Source: Nitrososphaerota archaeon
Lineage (GTDB): Archaea; Thermoproteota; Nitrososphaeria; Nitrososphaerales; JAAOZN01
NCBI GenBank assembly: GCA_011605775.1
Contig: JAAOZN010000092.1
Location: 547-64,546 of the forward strand
Reading direction: 5' to 3'
Length of the DNA stretch: 64,000 bases
A model generated the notes under the pieces. The model did not search any database. It worked only from the letters and a program-made list of their open reading frames with translations, and was not told the origin of the DNA. Below, piece after piece: positions 45,636 through 55,690 of this stretch. Both the position numbers and the translations under genes were made by a program. How positions within the stretch are numbered: the first letter of the stretch is position 1; the number at the start of each line of letters is the position of its first letter.

Positions 45636-46907
45636 GTGGCTGGGATCATCTTTATGGCAACGGTCTTGGGTACTCTTATGTTCTGGAGGTTCAGACTCGC
45701 GATAGCATTCGCAGGAATAGGCGCCCTCCTCGCTACCCAAACAATAGACATAGAGCACGCGATCACTTTTATGAGCGTTGATGTCATAACATTTCTAGCT
45801 TCAATGATGATACTCGTCGAAATAGCAAAGCAGGGTGGATTCTTTAAGTGGTTCCTCCACAGGCTCCTTGCTGCCGCGAGGTACGATCCGGTGAAGGTCA
45901 TGATCGGTTTACTTGCGATATCGACCCTCATGGCTGCTATGGTTGACGAGGTGACCTCAATCATATTCATCACGGCGATAGTCTTCGAGTACTGCCGGCG
46001 CTTTAAACTTGATCCAGTACCGTTCGTCATATCCACAGTCCTAGCGACAAACATAGGGTCCTCGGCGACGATGCTCGGGAACCCTATAGGGATCCTGATA
46101 GGCTGAGGGCGGGCCTCACGTTCGAGGACTTCCTCCTCTACGCTACACCGGTGGCAGCCCTCTCGCTTGTCGTCATAATAGCCCTCTGCACATTCTGGTA
46201 CAGAAAAATGCTCAAGGAAGCGGAGGCAAAAGTGATGGTGACGGGCGACATGGATCTTGAATCTGGTGATTTGAATATGAGAGAAGCTGAGCGGGGCGCT
46301 TCTCCTAGCCACTGTATTTATGATCGCTATTCATTACAGGATCGAACTCCTCCTAAACGTTGAAAAGTCAACATTCCTCCTTGTCGCTGCCTATGCTGGC
46401 GCTGCGGTTGGGCTTATCTGGAGGAGGAGAGAGGCGCGCTTGATAGTGGATAGGGGGGTGGACTGGTGGACACTAGTGTTCTCCATGTTTCTATTCGCCA
46501 AGGCTGGGGCTCTTAAATACACCGGATTGACGGATACGCTTGCCTCTGGAATAGCGTCGATCGCCTCATCCCAGCACCAGATACAATCTTTCAGCCTCTG
46601 GTTCAGCGGGTTCGCTTCCTCGGTTCTCGACAACGTCGTCCTCGTCGCAGCCATAATCCCTGTAGTTCAGAGCCTCGGTGCCTTGGGCTTCACCACAGCA
46701 CCCCTTTGGTGGGCACTCCACTTCGGGGGAACATATGGAGGTAACATCACCGTGATAGGTAGCACAGCCAACATCGTCGCACTCGGTATGTTGGAGAAAG
46801 AGTTCGGTTACTACATGAAGTTCTTCAAGTGGCTTCCAATAGGGCTGCTAGGAGGTGTTCTGCCGATGCTTGTTGCACAGGCGTGGCTAATGGGCGTCTT
46901 CCATTGA
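45636..46907 (+). pseudogene. ArsB/NhaD-superfamily permease paralog, disrupted by two single-base frameshifts
   Basis: Three fragments (45636-46106, 46103-46363, 46276-46907) align to the intact neighbour. GNPIGILIG|LRAGLTF needs a C restored in ggc(c)tg at 46103. ..EAERG|ALLLATVF needs one G removed from the GGGG run near 46287. Confidence 0.7.
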
Positions 46908-47167
46908 AGTAAGAGAATGAAAAGAAAAATAGAGGGTTTGGGTTAGTCGTGTGAGTGTTTGGCAGGTGGATTTAGAAGAGGGACGGGAAGTCTGTAGTAA
47001 AGGAAGAATTTGAAACAAGCATACTATTGCCCGAAACTTTAGAAAGATTAGGGGTAAGAAAGGACTTATTGCTTCAAAATCACGTCTAAAGAAGTGCTTC
47101 CTAATCTTTAGAAGAGCGTAGAGGACTGTTAGGGAAGAGCGTAAGAACAAACTTTAACTTTCTTTGA

Positions 47168-48475
47168 ATGCTAAGAGATATTGCAGAAAATTTTTTAAAC
47201 GGGTTTAGCGTGACGATTGGTGAATTGGAAGCCGCACCTAACCCTTTCCAATCAGCGCTGAAGCAGTTGGATATAGCTGCAGACCTCTTAAAGATGGATC
47301 CTGACATATATCAGATGCTCAAAGAGCCGAAGAGAGTGGTTACGGTTGCTGTGCCTGTGCGTATGGATAGCGGGGAAATAGCAACATATGTTGGCTACAG
47401 GGTTCAGCATAATGATGCGAGAGGTCCCTATAAGGGCGGCATAAGATATCATCCTGAAGTCTCGTTGGATGAGGTTAAGGCATTAGCGTTCTGGATGACT
47501 TGGAAGTGTGGTGTAGTGGATATACCGTTTGGCGGCGCGAAAGGTGGTGTTGTCTGCAACCCGAAGGAGATGTCACGTGGAGAAAAAGAAAGGTTGACTA
47601 GAAGATACACAAGCATGATAGCACCTATTATGGGACCCTACATAGACATCCCAGCACCAGACGTCTACACCGACGCTCAGACAATGGCTTGGATCATGGA
47701 TACCTACAGCCAGCTCGCAGGTCGCCCTGAACCTGCGTGCGTCACCGGTAAACCTGTTGGTTTAGGCGGCTCAGAGGGTAGGGCAGAGGCAACCGGATTG
47801 GGTGCAGCCATATGTGCGCGTGAGGCTGCCAAGATCTTGGGTCTTGAGCTTAGAGATGTTACGGTTGCGATTCAAGGGTTCGGTAACGTAGGTTCTCACG
47901 CAGCCTTTGCCTTAGCTGAGATGGGTTGTAAAATAGTTGCGTTGAGCGATTCACGTGGCGGTATATTTTCACGAAAGGGGATAAATCCGCTCGCAGCCTT
48001 AAGATATAAGGAGAAGACAGGCAGCGTAGTTGGCTTATCAGGTTGTGAAGAAATAACTAATGAAGAGATCTTAGAGCTTGAATGTGACATTCTGCTACCA
48101 GCTGCCTTGGAGAACGTTATCACATCCTCTAATGCGAGCAGAATCAAGGCGCGGATCGTGGTTGAGGGCGCTAATGGACCAACAACGCCTGAAGCAGATA
48201 GAATATTGTTTGATAATAAGGTCTTTGTGGTCCCGGATATACTGGCAAACGCTGGTGGCGTAACTGTGAGCTACTATGAGTGGGTTCAGAACCTTAATAG
48301 GGATCACTGGTCGCTTGCTGAGGTTAAGAGGAAGTTGGAGGAGAAGATGATATCAGCCTTCAAAACCGTCTACGAAACATCGCTCAAGCATAACATCGAC
48401 ATGAGGGCAGCCGCACTGATGGTCGGTGTAGGAAGGGTAGCTGAAGCCATAAAGATGCGGGGGATCTGGCCTTAA
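47168..48475 (+). CDS. gdhA: glutamate dehydrogenase
   Basis: GPYKGGIRYHP, DIPFGGAKGG and GFGNVG (Rossmann). Confidence 0.9.
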   Translation: MLRDIAENFLNGFSVTIGELEAAPNPFQSALKQLDIAADLLKMDPDIYQMLKEPKRVVTVAVPVRMDSGEIATYVGYRVQHNDARGPYKGGIRYHPEVSLDEVKALAFWMTWKCGVVDIPFGGAKGGVVCNPKEMSRGEKERLTRRYTSMIAPIMGPYIDIPAPDVYTDAQTMAWIMDTYSQLAGRPEPACVTGKPVGLGGSEGRAEATGLGAAICAREAAKILGLELRDVTVAIQGFGNVGSHAAFALAEMGCKIVALSDSRGGIFSRKGINPLAALRYKEKTGSVVGLSGCEEITNEEILELECDILLPAALENVITSSNASRIKARIVVEGANGPTTPEADRILFDNKVFVVPDILANAGGVTVSYYEWVQNLNRDHWSLAEVKRKLEEKMISAFKTVYETSLKHNIDMRAAALMVGVGRVAEAIKMRGIWP

Positions 48476-48526
48476 AAGATATATGAGCGTTAGTTAAAGG
48501 GTTAGGTGTAGAAGGGTAGTTAAGGA

Positions 48527-48826
48527 TTGCCTCACGAGGGCCCTAACAAAGAAGGTAAATGCTGGCCCAGATGCATATCCTTTAAGTGCGGTAAAAGAGC
48601 GATGCTGATACGTGGGCAAACGATCTGGTGCAGCTGGTTGAACGATCTCTGTGCTGGCCCATCCTGCTCCTATGCTCTCTGTATAAGGAGTAAGCTTCTG
48701 CCGGATAACAGATGCGGGTTGGTTGTAAGGAGGATCACGACCGACGTTGTGAAGCCCGAGGACTTCACCTTGAACATAAAGCTCAGGGGTAAGCTCGCTA
48801 AGAAGCTCGATGGCGACATAGTGTAG
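48527..48826 (+). CDS. cysteine-rich hypothetical protein
   Basis: 99 aa with 10 Cys. TTG start. No family recognised. Confidence 0.3.
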   Translation: MPHEGPNKEGKCWPRCISFKCGKRAMLIRGQTIWCSWLNDLCAGPSCSYALCIRSKLLPDNRCGLVVRRITTDVVKPEDFTLNIKLRGKLAKKLDGDIV

Positions 48827-48832
48827 AGGTGG

Positions 48833-49405
48833 CTAACTCATCAGCATCTCAACCGCGAATGCTACGATCCTAGCTGAGAGTATAAGTGATGAGATCGCCT
48901 CTGGTATGGCGACGCCCTTCCACGGGAGAAGCCAGATTAACGCAGCAGCAACAGCCCCAATCAGCGTCAGCAAACCAGACAGCTTAGATGATTTGAGAAG
49001 AAGATATGAGCCAAAAGCCAATAGGGATAGCACGATTAGGACGAAGAATGCGACTGAGACGTAGAAGTGTATCTTACCGTAGTTCTCTGGGAACAGACCT
49101 ATAAGTGAAAGGAATATTGCCGAAGCGAACAGTAGAATGCAGCCTACTCTTGCGACTGAGCCAGCGGCGTGGATCATTAAGCCTACTGAGAAGACGAGAA
49201 GGAGGACCCCTCCTGAAATCAACGTAGCATTAAAGATTAGTGCTGAAACCCCCTTTACACCCAAGTCGCTTAGAGCGTTATCGAACCAGCTGAAGCCTGG
49301 GTAGTAAGATATCGCAAGCAAGATGAGTGGGTAAACCGCGACTACACCTACTATACCGCATACCGCCGCTGCCTTAACAAACCCTTCTTTACTCATCAAA
49401 AACAT
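48833..49405 (-). CDS. DUF998-like membrane protein
   Basis: 6 TM segments, with an N-terminal loop YPGFSWFDNALSDLG typical of the DUF998 family (from memory). Confidence 0.45.
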   Translation of the reverse strand: MFLMSKEGFVKAAAVCGIVGVVAVYPLILLAISYYPGFSWFDNALSDLGVKGVSALIFNATLISGGVLLLVFSVGLMIHAAGSVARVGCILLFASAIFLSLIGLFPENYGKIHFYVSVAFFVLIVLSLLAFGSYLLLKSSKLSGLLTLIGAVAAALIWLLPWKGVAIPEAISSLILSARIVAFAVEMLMS

Positions 49406-49454
49406 AGGAGTTGCACTTCCCCATAAGCTGAGCTATCTTAGGCTCTACGCGGAG

Positions 49455-49721
49455 ATGGGGTCTGCTAGGCTCTACCTATCTTTCGACAGCGGCAACCTCC
49501 AATGGTTCGGGAAGATAGAGAAGAATAGGAGCATCACAAGAACGCTGACGGATAAAGAGTACTTTGCTCATAGGCTCAAGCATCCCATTAGAAAGGTGTT
49601 GGCAGAGGATAAGGATGAGATTCTCATTGAAAGGAAGGATGGTGTTGAGGAAAGGTGGCTTAAGACTAGGTGGCTTCTTAGGGAAGTAAGGATAAAAAGG
49701 ACGGCTTTAAGAGGTAGGTAG
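49455..49721 (+). CDS. hypothetical protein
   Basis: 88 aa, basic, no domain recognised. Confidence 0.3.
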   Translation: MGSARLYLSFDSGNLQWFGKIEKNRSITRTLTDKEYFAHRLKHPIRKVLAEDKDEILIERKDGVEERWLKTRWLLREVRIKRTALRGR

Positions 49722-49727
49722 AAGGAT

Positions 49728-50573
49728 ATGAAGCAAACCGCCAATGTAACAACAGAGCTGTTAGATAAGATAGCTCTCTACGCGAAGATGGTCGATAAGG
49801 CTCTTAGTGAAGAGCTGCAGAACTACTTGGGCTCTGACTTCTACGAGCCTTTGAAATACGCCTTAGAAGGTGGGAAGCGCATACGACCAATAATACTTCT
49901 TCTATCAAACAAGGCTGCTGGTGGTTATGAGGCTGACGCTCTTAAGGAGGCCGTAGCAATAGAGCTCTTACACACCGAATCGATCATACACGACGATATA
50001 ATAGATGATGAGACCATAAGGAGGGGTAAGCCAGTCTTCTATGTGGTGTACGGTTTTAACACATCCCTACTTACAGCAGACTTTGTCTTCGGGATAATCT
50101 TGAGCATCGCATCTAAGTCAAAGAAGAACGTAGCCGAAGACTTGGCTTCAGCAGCCCTCCAGATGTGCGAAGGCGAGATCTTGGAGATGAAGGTTGAAGC
50201 CGATGATAGCGAAGTACCGCTCGAAAAGTATCTTCTAATCGTAAGTAAGAAGACGGCAAGCCTATTCGAAGCAGCAGCTAAGATCGGCGCCAAACTCGCT
50301 TCAGCTGACGAGAAGGTGGTGGAGGCGCTTTCTAAATACGGGTTCAACATAGGTATAGCATACCAGATTCAAGATGACATTCTTGATTGGAACAACGGGT
50401 CTAAGATAGCTAGAAGGGTTAAGGTGGGGGATGGCGATGCGAGGAAGACGCTTGCTGAGATCGCTGCTAAATACGCAAACGAAGCGAAGATGAATCTAAA
50501 GGATCTACCCGACTGTGAAGCAAAGCAGATATTATATGATATAGCAGACTTCGCCGTGAATCGCCTAAGCTGA
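49728..50573 (+). CDS. idsA: polyprenyl (geranylgeranyl) diphosphate synthase
   Basis: FARM LLHTESIIHDDIIDD and SARM IAYQIQDDILD. Confidence 0.85.
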   Translation: MKQTANVTTELLDKIALYAKMVDKALSEELQNYLGSDFYEPLKYALEGGKRIRPIILLLSNKAAGGYEADALKEAVAIELLHTESIIHDDIIDDETIRRGKPVFYVVYGFNTSLLTADFVFGIILSIASKSKKNVAEDLASAALQMCEGEILEMKVEADDSEVPLEKYLLIVSKKTASLFEAAAKIGAKLASADEKVVEALSKYGFNIGIAYQIQDDILDWNNGSKIARRVKVGDGDARKTLAEIAAKYANEAKMNLKDLPDCEAKQILYDIADFAVNRLS

Positions 50574-50576
50574 TCT

Positions 50577-52046
50577 TCAACCCAAGGCTAGAACAGCAGC
50601 TTTAGCGAGATCATATATCAGAGAAGGATAGACACCTACAACTATTATTATGGCTGTAGCCGCTAAGAGCACACCAGATATTACACGCGGCTCCTCGATC
50701 TTACCTTGCTCCATAGAGCCGACCGGCTCATCAATATACATCCGCTTGATGACCCAAGCGTAATAGCCGAGTGAGAGGGCGCTGTTCAAGACACCCGCTA
50801 AGGCAAGCCAAGCCATATCGCCTTGAATGGCTGCTGTGAAGAGCACGAGCTTGCTCCAGAAACCGTTGAGAGGAGGAATCCCCGCTAAAGCGAGCAGGGA
50901 GACCGCTAAGGAGAATGAGGTTATGGGCATCCTCCTCCAAAGCGAAGCAAAGGAATCAAGGCTAACTCTACCGGTGAGTCGGTCTACGGCAGCAGCAGCC
51001 AAGAAGGCAGAGGACTGCATAATCGCGTGGTTAAAGGCGTGGAATAGAACGCCTATTAGAGCTAGGGTCTTAGCCGGCTCTGTAGCTACGGCGAACCCTA
51101 TGAGGATGTAGCCTGCTTGTGCTATGCTGGAGTATGCGAGCATTCTGGTGAGTGAGCGCTGTGTTAGAGCCGCTACGTTACCTAGAGTCATGGTTGCAAG
51201 GGCTAGTATAGCGAAAGCGGTCGTCCAGTTGGTGCTGAGGAACGGGAGGGCTACCACAAACACCCTTATCGCGACGACGAAGCCAGCCTTCTTTGTGCCA
51301 GCTGAAAGGAAGGTGCTTATTGTGGTTGGTGCACCCTCATAAGCATCTGGTATCCACATGTGGAAGGGCACTACCGACATCTTTAACCCGAATCCTGCTA
51401 TAAAGAGCGCTAGGGCTAGTAGGGTTAGTGGGTCTAGGTGGGTTGCTGAGGCTTGTAGAGCTTGAAGCACAGCGGTTAGGTTTGTGGTGCCAGTCAATCC
51501 ATAGGTTAGTGAGATAGCATAAAGCAGGATGCCTGAGGAGAAGGCTCCAAGCAAGAAGTATTTTACTGAGGCTTCGTTCGAGAAGGGGTTATCCTTTCTA
51601 AGTCCGGCAAGCACATATGTGGGTATGCTCATCAGCTCCCAAGCGACTATTATCATAAGTAGGTCTGCGGCGAAGGATAGTAGAACCATGCCTAGCGTTG
51701 AAAATAGTAGGAGAGAAAAGTACACAGCCAAGTTGCGGTCACCCCACATGTAGTTTCTAGACGAGAGCATAACGAGTAGAGAAACGATCTGGACCGTGAG
51801 GGCGAAGAAGTATGATAAGGGATCTTCGTGGAACAGATTTGTGTAGCTGGGTCTAGAATTAGAGGCCAGGTAGATCGAGAAGTTGAACAAGGTGAAGAGT
51901 AGAGAGGCTGCGATAACCGCTAACGAAGCGTAGAAAGCTAGGTTCTGCCTTACAGCAGCCCGCCTAGAGAGTGTTAGTGAAGCTACAAGTAAACTGCCTA
52001 CTGTGAAGATAGCAGCATAATCCACTATCACTATATTTGCGCTCAT
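50577..52046 (-). CDS. nuoN: NADH-quinone oxidoreductase subunit N
   Basis: Antiporter-like, 14 TM. VAWELMSIPTYVLAG. Last gene of the operon. Confidence 0.75.
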   Translation of the reverse strand: MSANIVIVDYAAIFTVGSLLVASLTLSRRAAVRQNLAFYASLAVIAASLLFTLFNFSIYLASNSRPSYTNLFHEDPLSYFFALTVQIVSLLVMLSSRNYMWGDRNLAVYFSLLLFSTLGMVLLSFAADLLMIIVAWELMSIPTYVLAGLRKDNPFSNEASVKYFLLGAFSSGILLYAISLTYGLTGTTNLTAVLQALQASATHLDPLTLLALALFIAGFGLKMSVVPFHMWIPDAYEGAPTTISTFLSAGTKKAGFVVAIRVFVVALPFLSTNWTTAFAILALATMTLGNVAALTQRSLTRMLAYSSIAQAGYILIGFAVATEPAKTLALIGVLFHAFNHAIMQSSAFLAAAAVDRLTGRVSLDSFASLWRRMPITSFSLAVSLLALAGIPPLNGFWSKLVLFTAAIQGDMAWLALAGVLNSALSLGYYAWVIKRMYIDEPVGSMEQGKIEEPRVISGVLLAATAIIIVVGVYPSLIYDLAKAAVLALG

Positions 52047-53542
52047 CTACCACCACCTGCAGCCTGATAGAGCGAGAGGGAAAGCGGGTCTACAATTCCA
52101 AGCAGAAGTGAGGGGAAGATCAGTAGGAGAAAGAGGGGGGCTAGGTATAGTAGGAGCCCGACCATAGCCCTATTATGCAGATCGTGGTAGTGTGTGTGCT
52201 CTGGTAACGGACTTAGAACTGTTCTCTTTATCATCCATAAGAAATACGCCACTGTCAGTATGGGGATTAGGACCGTTAGGGCATACCATCTGTTGACAGA
52301 GATAGCGCCTAAGATAACCATCCACTCGCTGAGGAAACTGCTGTACATCGGCACGCTCATACCAGCTAGGGAGCCTAAGATGAGGACGAGCGCGGTCTTC
52401 GGCATACCAACCCTCAGACCCTTCAGCTCATCGATGTTCCTCGTGCCAGCCTGCTCGTGGATATAGCCTGAAAGCATAAAGAGGATCCCTATCGCTGCTG
52501 CGTGGTTAAACATCTGGAATATTGCTCCAGAGATGCCGTAGACAGCAGCTTGAGTGGTTGATGCTGAAATGCCGGCGAAGCTGCCTAGCAGAACAAAGCC
52601 CATGTGGTTTATGCTGGTTAGGGCGATCATCCTCTTCAAATCCCTCTGAACCATCGCTACAAGTGCGCCGTAGAACATTGTGAGGATGCCGAAGGCTATG
52701 AAGATCCAAGCGTATTGCCTAGATGCATCTGCTAGCAGACCCAAGTTGACTCTTACGAAGCCGTATCCACCCATCTTTAGGAGAAGACCAGCTAGGAAGA
52801 CGCTTATTGGCGCTGGTGCCTCTACGTGTGCGTCTGGGAGCCAAGTGTGTAGGGGTACGACTGGCAGCTTGACACCGAAGCCTGCGAAGGTTGCTGCTGA
52901 GGCTAGGAGTTGAACCCAGAACGGTATCTTACCTACAAGCTCTGGTATGTTGAAGGTGTTTGGTGTTGTGAAGAGGTAGATTAGTATGAAGCCTAGTAGC
53001 ATAACCACGCTCCCTACATATGTGAAGATTAGGAACTTCATTGCAGCATATTTACGCCTAGGTCCGCCCCAGACGCCTATGAAGAAGAACATTGGGATCA
53101 AGACGATCTCCCAGAAGACATAGAAGAGTATGAGGTTGAGTGAGCAGAAGACGCCTATTATGCTTCCCTCGAAGAGTAGGATGAGGAAGTAGTAGATGGG
53201 CTTCTTCTCGGTTATAAGGTCCCAAGAGCCGAGCACCACGAGAACCGAGAGTATGGATGAGATCAGTATTAGCGATGCGCTTAAGCCGTCTACACCAAGA
53301 TAGTAATCTACACCGAAGCCGCTCAACCAGCTGTAAGGCCCCTCTATGAAGCTGAAGGAAGCACCCTCTTTTGAGGTGAGTAGAGAGCCGTACATGTAGA
53401 TGGAGAGAGCGAAGACAACTATAGTTATCACTAGTGAAGCAAGCTCACAGAAGCGCTCCCTTACTCTGCCAAGCAGATAAACTACTATCGAGCCTACGAT
53501 GGGTATGAAGATCAACAAACTAAGTATAGGCACATCCAACAC
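52043..53542 (-). CDS. nuoM: NADH-quinone oxidoreductase subunit M
   Basis: FYVFWEIVLIPMFFFIGVWGG and WLPDAHVEAP. Confidence 0.8.
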   Translation of the reverse strand: MLDVPILSLLIFIPIVGSIVVYLLGRVRERFCELASLVITIVVFALSIYMYGSLLTSKEGASFSFIEGPYSWLSGFGVDYYLGVDGLSASLILISSILSVLVVLGSWDLITEKKPIYYFLILLFEGSIIGVFCSLNLILFYVFWEIVLIPMFFFIGVWGGPRRKYAAMKFLIFTYVGSVVMLLGFILIYLFTTPNTFNIPELVGKIPFWVQLLASAATFAGFGVKLPVVPLHTWLPDAHVEAPAPISVFLAGLLLKMGGYGFVRVNLGLLADASRQYAWIFIAFGILTMFYGALVAMVQRDLKRMIALTSINHMGFVLLGSFAGISASTTQAAVYGISGAIFQMFNHAAAIGILFMLSGYIHEQAGTRNIDELKGLRVGMPKTALVLILGSLAGMSVPMYSSFLSEWMVILGAISVNRWYALTVLIPILTVAYFLWMIKRTVLSPLPEHTHYHDLHNRAMVGLLLYLAPLFLLLIFPSLLLGIVDPLSLSLYQAAGGGR

Positions 53543-53545
53543 CTA

Positions 53546-55684
53546 TCACCTCAACAGCAGAGAGGGGTTCAGAACCAATATGATCAACACAACCACCACG
53601 CCTATTGCGAAGACGAGCAGATAGTTCTGCGTCACACCTGTTTGGATGCGTCTGCAGACTCTTGAGAAGAGCGCGCTAACGTAGGCTAAGCCGTTTATGA
53701 AGCCGTCTACGATGTATTTGTCGAACCAGTTTCCGGCTTTAGATGAAACTATGGAGGCTAGGGCTGTAGCATCGCTCCACCTATCTATTACGCCAAGCTC
53801 CAAGCCTCGCCACACTATTCGAGCAAACCTAGCCAAACCGTCTACGAAGATAGCGTAGTAGAGTGTGTTGATATACCATCTATTCTCTAGGAAGATGTAG
53901 AGCGCTCTAAGTAGGCTGCTTGAGTTCACAATCTTAGCTGGGTCGGCACGCCTCGCTATGTAGATATAGTAGCCTATGGGTAAACCGATCGCTAAAGCTG
54001 CTATAGATCCTCCTAGCGCCACTGGGTTGATTTCAAACCCTTTATGCGCAGCCTCAAACCCGAATTCGTGTAGGTAGTGCTCTAGTGATTCGTGCAGAGA
54101 GGTTTCTACAAACGGTCCTGCTACACCTATTGCTAGGGATGCTACTGCTAATATTGTGTAGGGTATCCACATGACTTTGGGCGCTTCGCCTAGGTGGTGC
54201 TCAGCTTCGCTATGCGAATCATGCTTATGCTCGAGCTCCTTAAGATACTGGCTCTTTTCGCCGAAGAAGGCTAAGCCGATCATCCTAAAGGTGTAGAACA
54301 CTGTCAACATAGCGGTTACAACAGCCAAAGCGAAGAGAATAGGGGCGTATGGTGTAGAAGCCTCCCAAACCGCAGCCAAAACAGCATCCTTGCTCCAGAA
54401 GCCGCTCAGAGGCGGTATACCAGCTAGGGAGGCTGAGGCTAGAAGCATAGAAATGAAGGTGATCGGCATAACACTCCTCAAACCACCCATATCAGAGAGA
54501 TACTTGCTTCCGCAAGCGTGGATGAGTGCACCAGCAGCCATAAAGAGCGAAGCCTTAAAGACGGCGTGGCTCATTAGGTGGAAGAAAGCTGCTGTGAAGC
54601 CCCCAGCGAAAGCCGTGCCCTCGCTGACCAAGCCGGCAGCGCCTAAAGCGAGCATCATGTAACCTATCTGTGAAACCGTTGAGTAGGCTAAGACCTTCTT
54701 TATCTCCCTACCCACAACGGCTTGGGTAGCGGCTAAGAAGGCTGTAAAGGCACCTATCCAAGCGACCACCTCAAAGAAGAGAGGCGCTGCGTTTACGGCT
54801 TGGAAAGCATTATAGAAGATTGGGCCTACTCTTGCTACCAGAAAGACACCAGCCTTCACCATCGTTGCTGCGTGTATGAGGGCTGAGACGGAAGTGGGTC
54901 CAGCCATGGCATCTGGGAGCCACTCTTGAAGCGGGAACTGTGCCGACTTACCTACCGCTCCTCCGAAGATCAGTATGGTTACTGGTATGAGTAACCCGGC
55001 TGAGGCTAGGCTGCTCGCCCAATCTGTGTGTTCAGCGAGTTGTGTGAAGCTGAAGGTGTGTGAGTAGGTGTAGAGTATGAGTAGCCCGATGAGGAAGGCT
55101 GAGTCACCAACCCTAGTCGTTATGAACGCTTTCATGCCTGCGTGGCTCGGCGAGTAGGCTTGCTCACGCCCCCAAGCCCTTCTTCCCCCTTCTTCAACAG
55201 GTGTCCCAACCCAATACTTCTTCTCGTCACTATGCCAGAAGCCGATGAGCGCGTAAGAGCATAGCCCAACACCCTCCCAGCCGAAGAAGAGTTGGAGTAG
55301 GTTGTCTGAGAGGACTATGAGCTGCATGTTGCCTATGAAGAAGTTCATGAAGAACCAGTATCTGGTTAGATTCGGTTCGCCCTTCATGTAGCCTAGGCTG
55401 TAGACCATGATGAGGAAACTGATCCAAGCGACCACGTTAGCCATCGCTATGCTGAGCGGGTCTGCTAAGACACCAGCCTTCAGACCTATCGAAGGTATCC
55501 AGTCGAATGTGCTGTGTATGACTTCTTTTGAGGGGATCATTAGGGCTGCTGAAACCGCTGGAGCTAGGGAGAAGAGTACGGCAAGGTAATCTCTAACCCT
55601 ATCCCCTATCCTAGCGAATATAGGTGTGAGTATCGCACCCACTATCGGCAGAACCCACACGAGCCAAGGCAGAGCTTCATTCAA
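53546..55684 (-). CDS. nuoL: NADH-quinone oxidoreductase subunit L (long form, 712 aa)
   Basis: FFGWEGVGLCSYALIGFW and WLPDAMAGPT, with a long C-terminal extension and a terminal TM (lateral helix region). Confidence 0.8.
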   Translation of the reverse strand: MNEALPWLVWVLPIVGAILTPIFARIGDRVRDYLAVLFSLAPAVSAALMIPSKEVIHSTFDWIPSIGLKAGVLADPLSIAMANVVAWISFLIMVYSLGYMKGEPNLTRYWFFMNFFIGNMQLIVLSDNLLQLFFGWEGVGLCSYALIGFWHSDEKKYWVGTPVEEGGRRAWGREQAYSPSHAGMKAFITTRVGDSAFLIGLLILYTYSHTFSFTQLAEHTDWASSLASAGLLIPVTILIFGGAVGKSAQFPLQEWLPDAMAGPTSVSALIHAATMVKAGVFLVARVGPIFYNAFQAVNAAPLFFEVVAWIGAFTAFLAATQAVVGREIKKVLAYSTVSQIGYMMLALGAAGLVSEGTAFAGGFTAAFFHLMSHAVFKASLFMAAGALIHACGSKYLSDMGGLRSVMPITFISMLLASASLAGIPPLSGFWSKDAVLAAVWEASTPYAPILFALAVVTAMLTVFYTFRMIGLAFFGEKSQYLKELEHKHDSHSEAEHHLGEAPKVMWIPYTILAVASLAIGVAGPFVETSLHESLEHYLHEFGFEAAHKGFEINPVALGGSIAALAIGLPIGYYIYIARRADPAKIVNSSSLLRALYIFLENRWYINTLYYAIFVDGLARFARIVWRGLELGVIDRWSDATALASIVSSKAGNWFDKYIVDGFINGLAYVSALFSRVCRRIQTGVTQNYLLVFAIGVVVVLIILVLNPSLLLR

Positions 55685-55690
55685 CTCAAC

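Noticed and set aside
45578-46312. 244-aa minus-strand ORF.
   Set aside because: It is antisense to the frameshifted permease, whose three plus-strand fragments align to the intact paralog.
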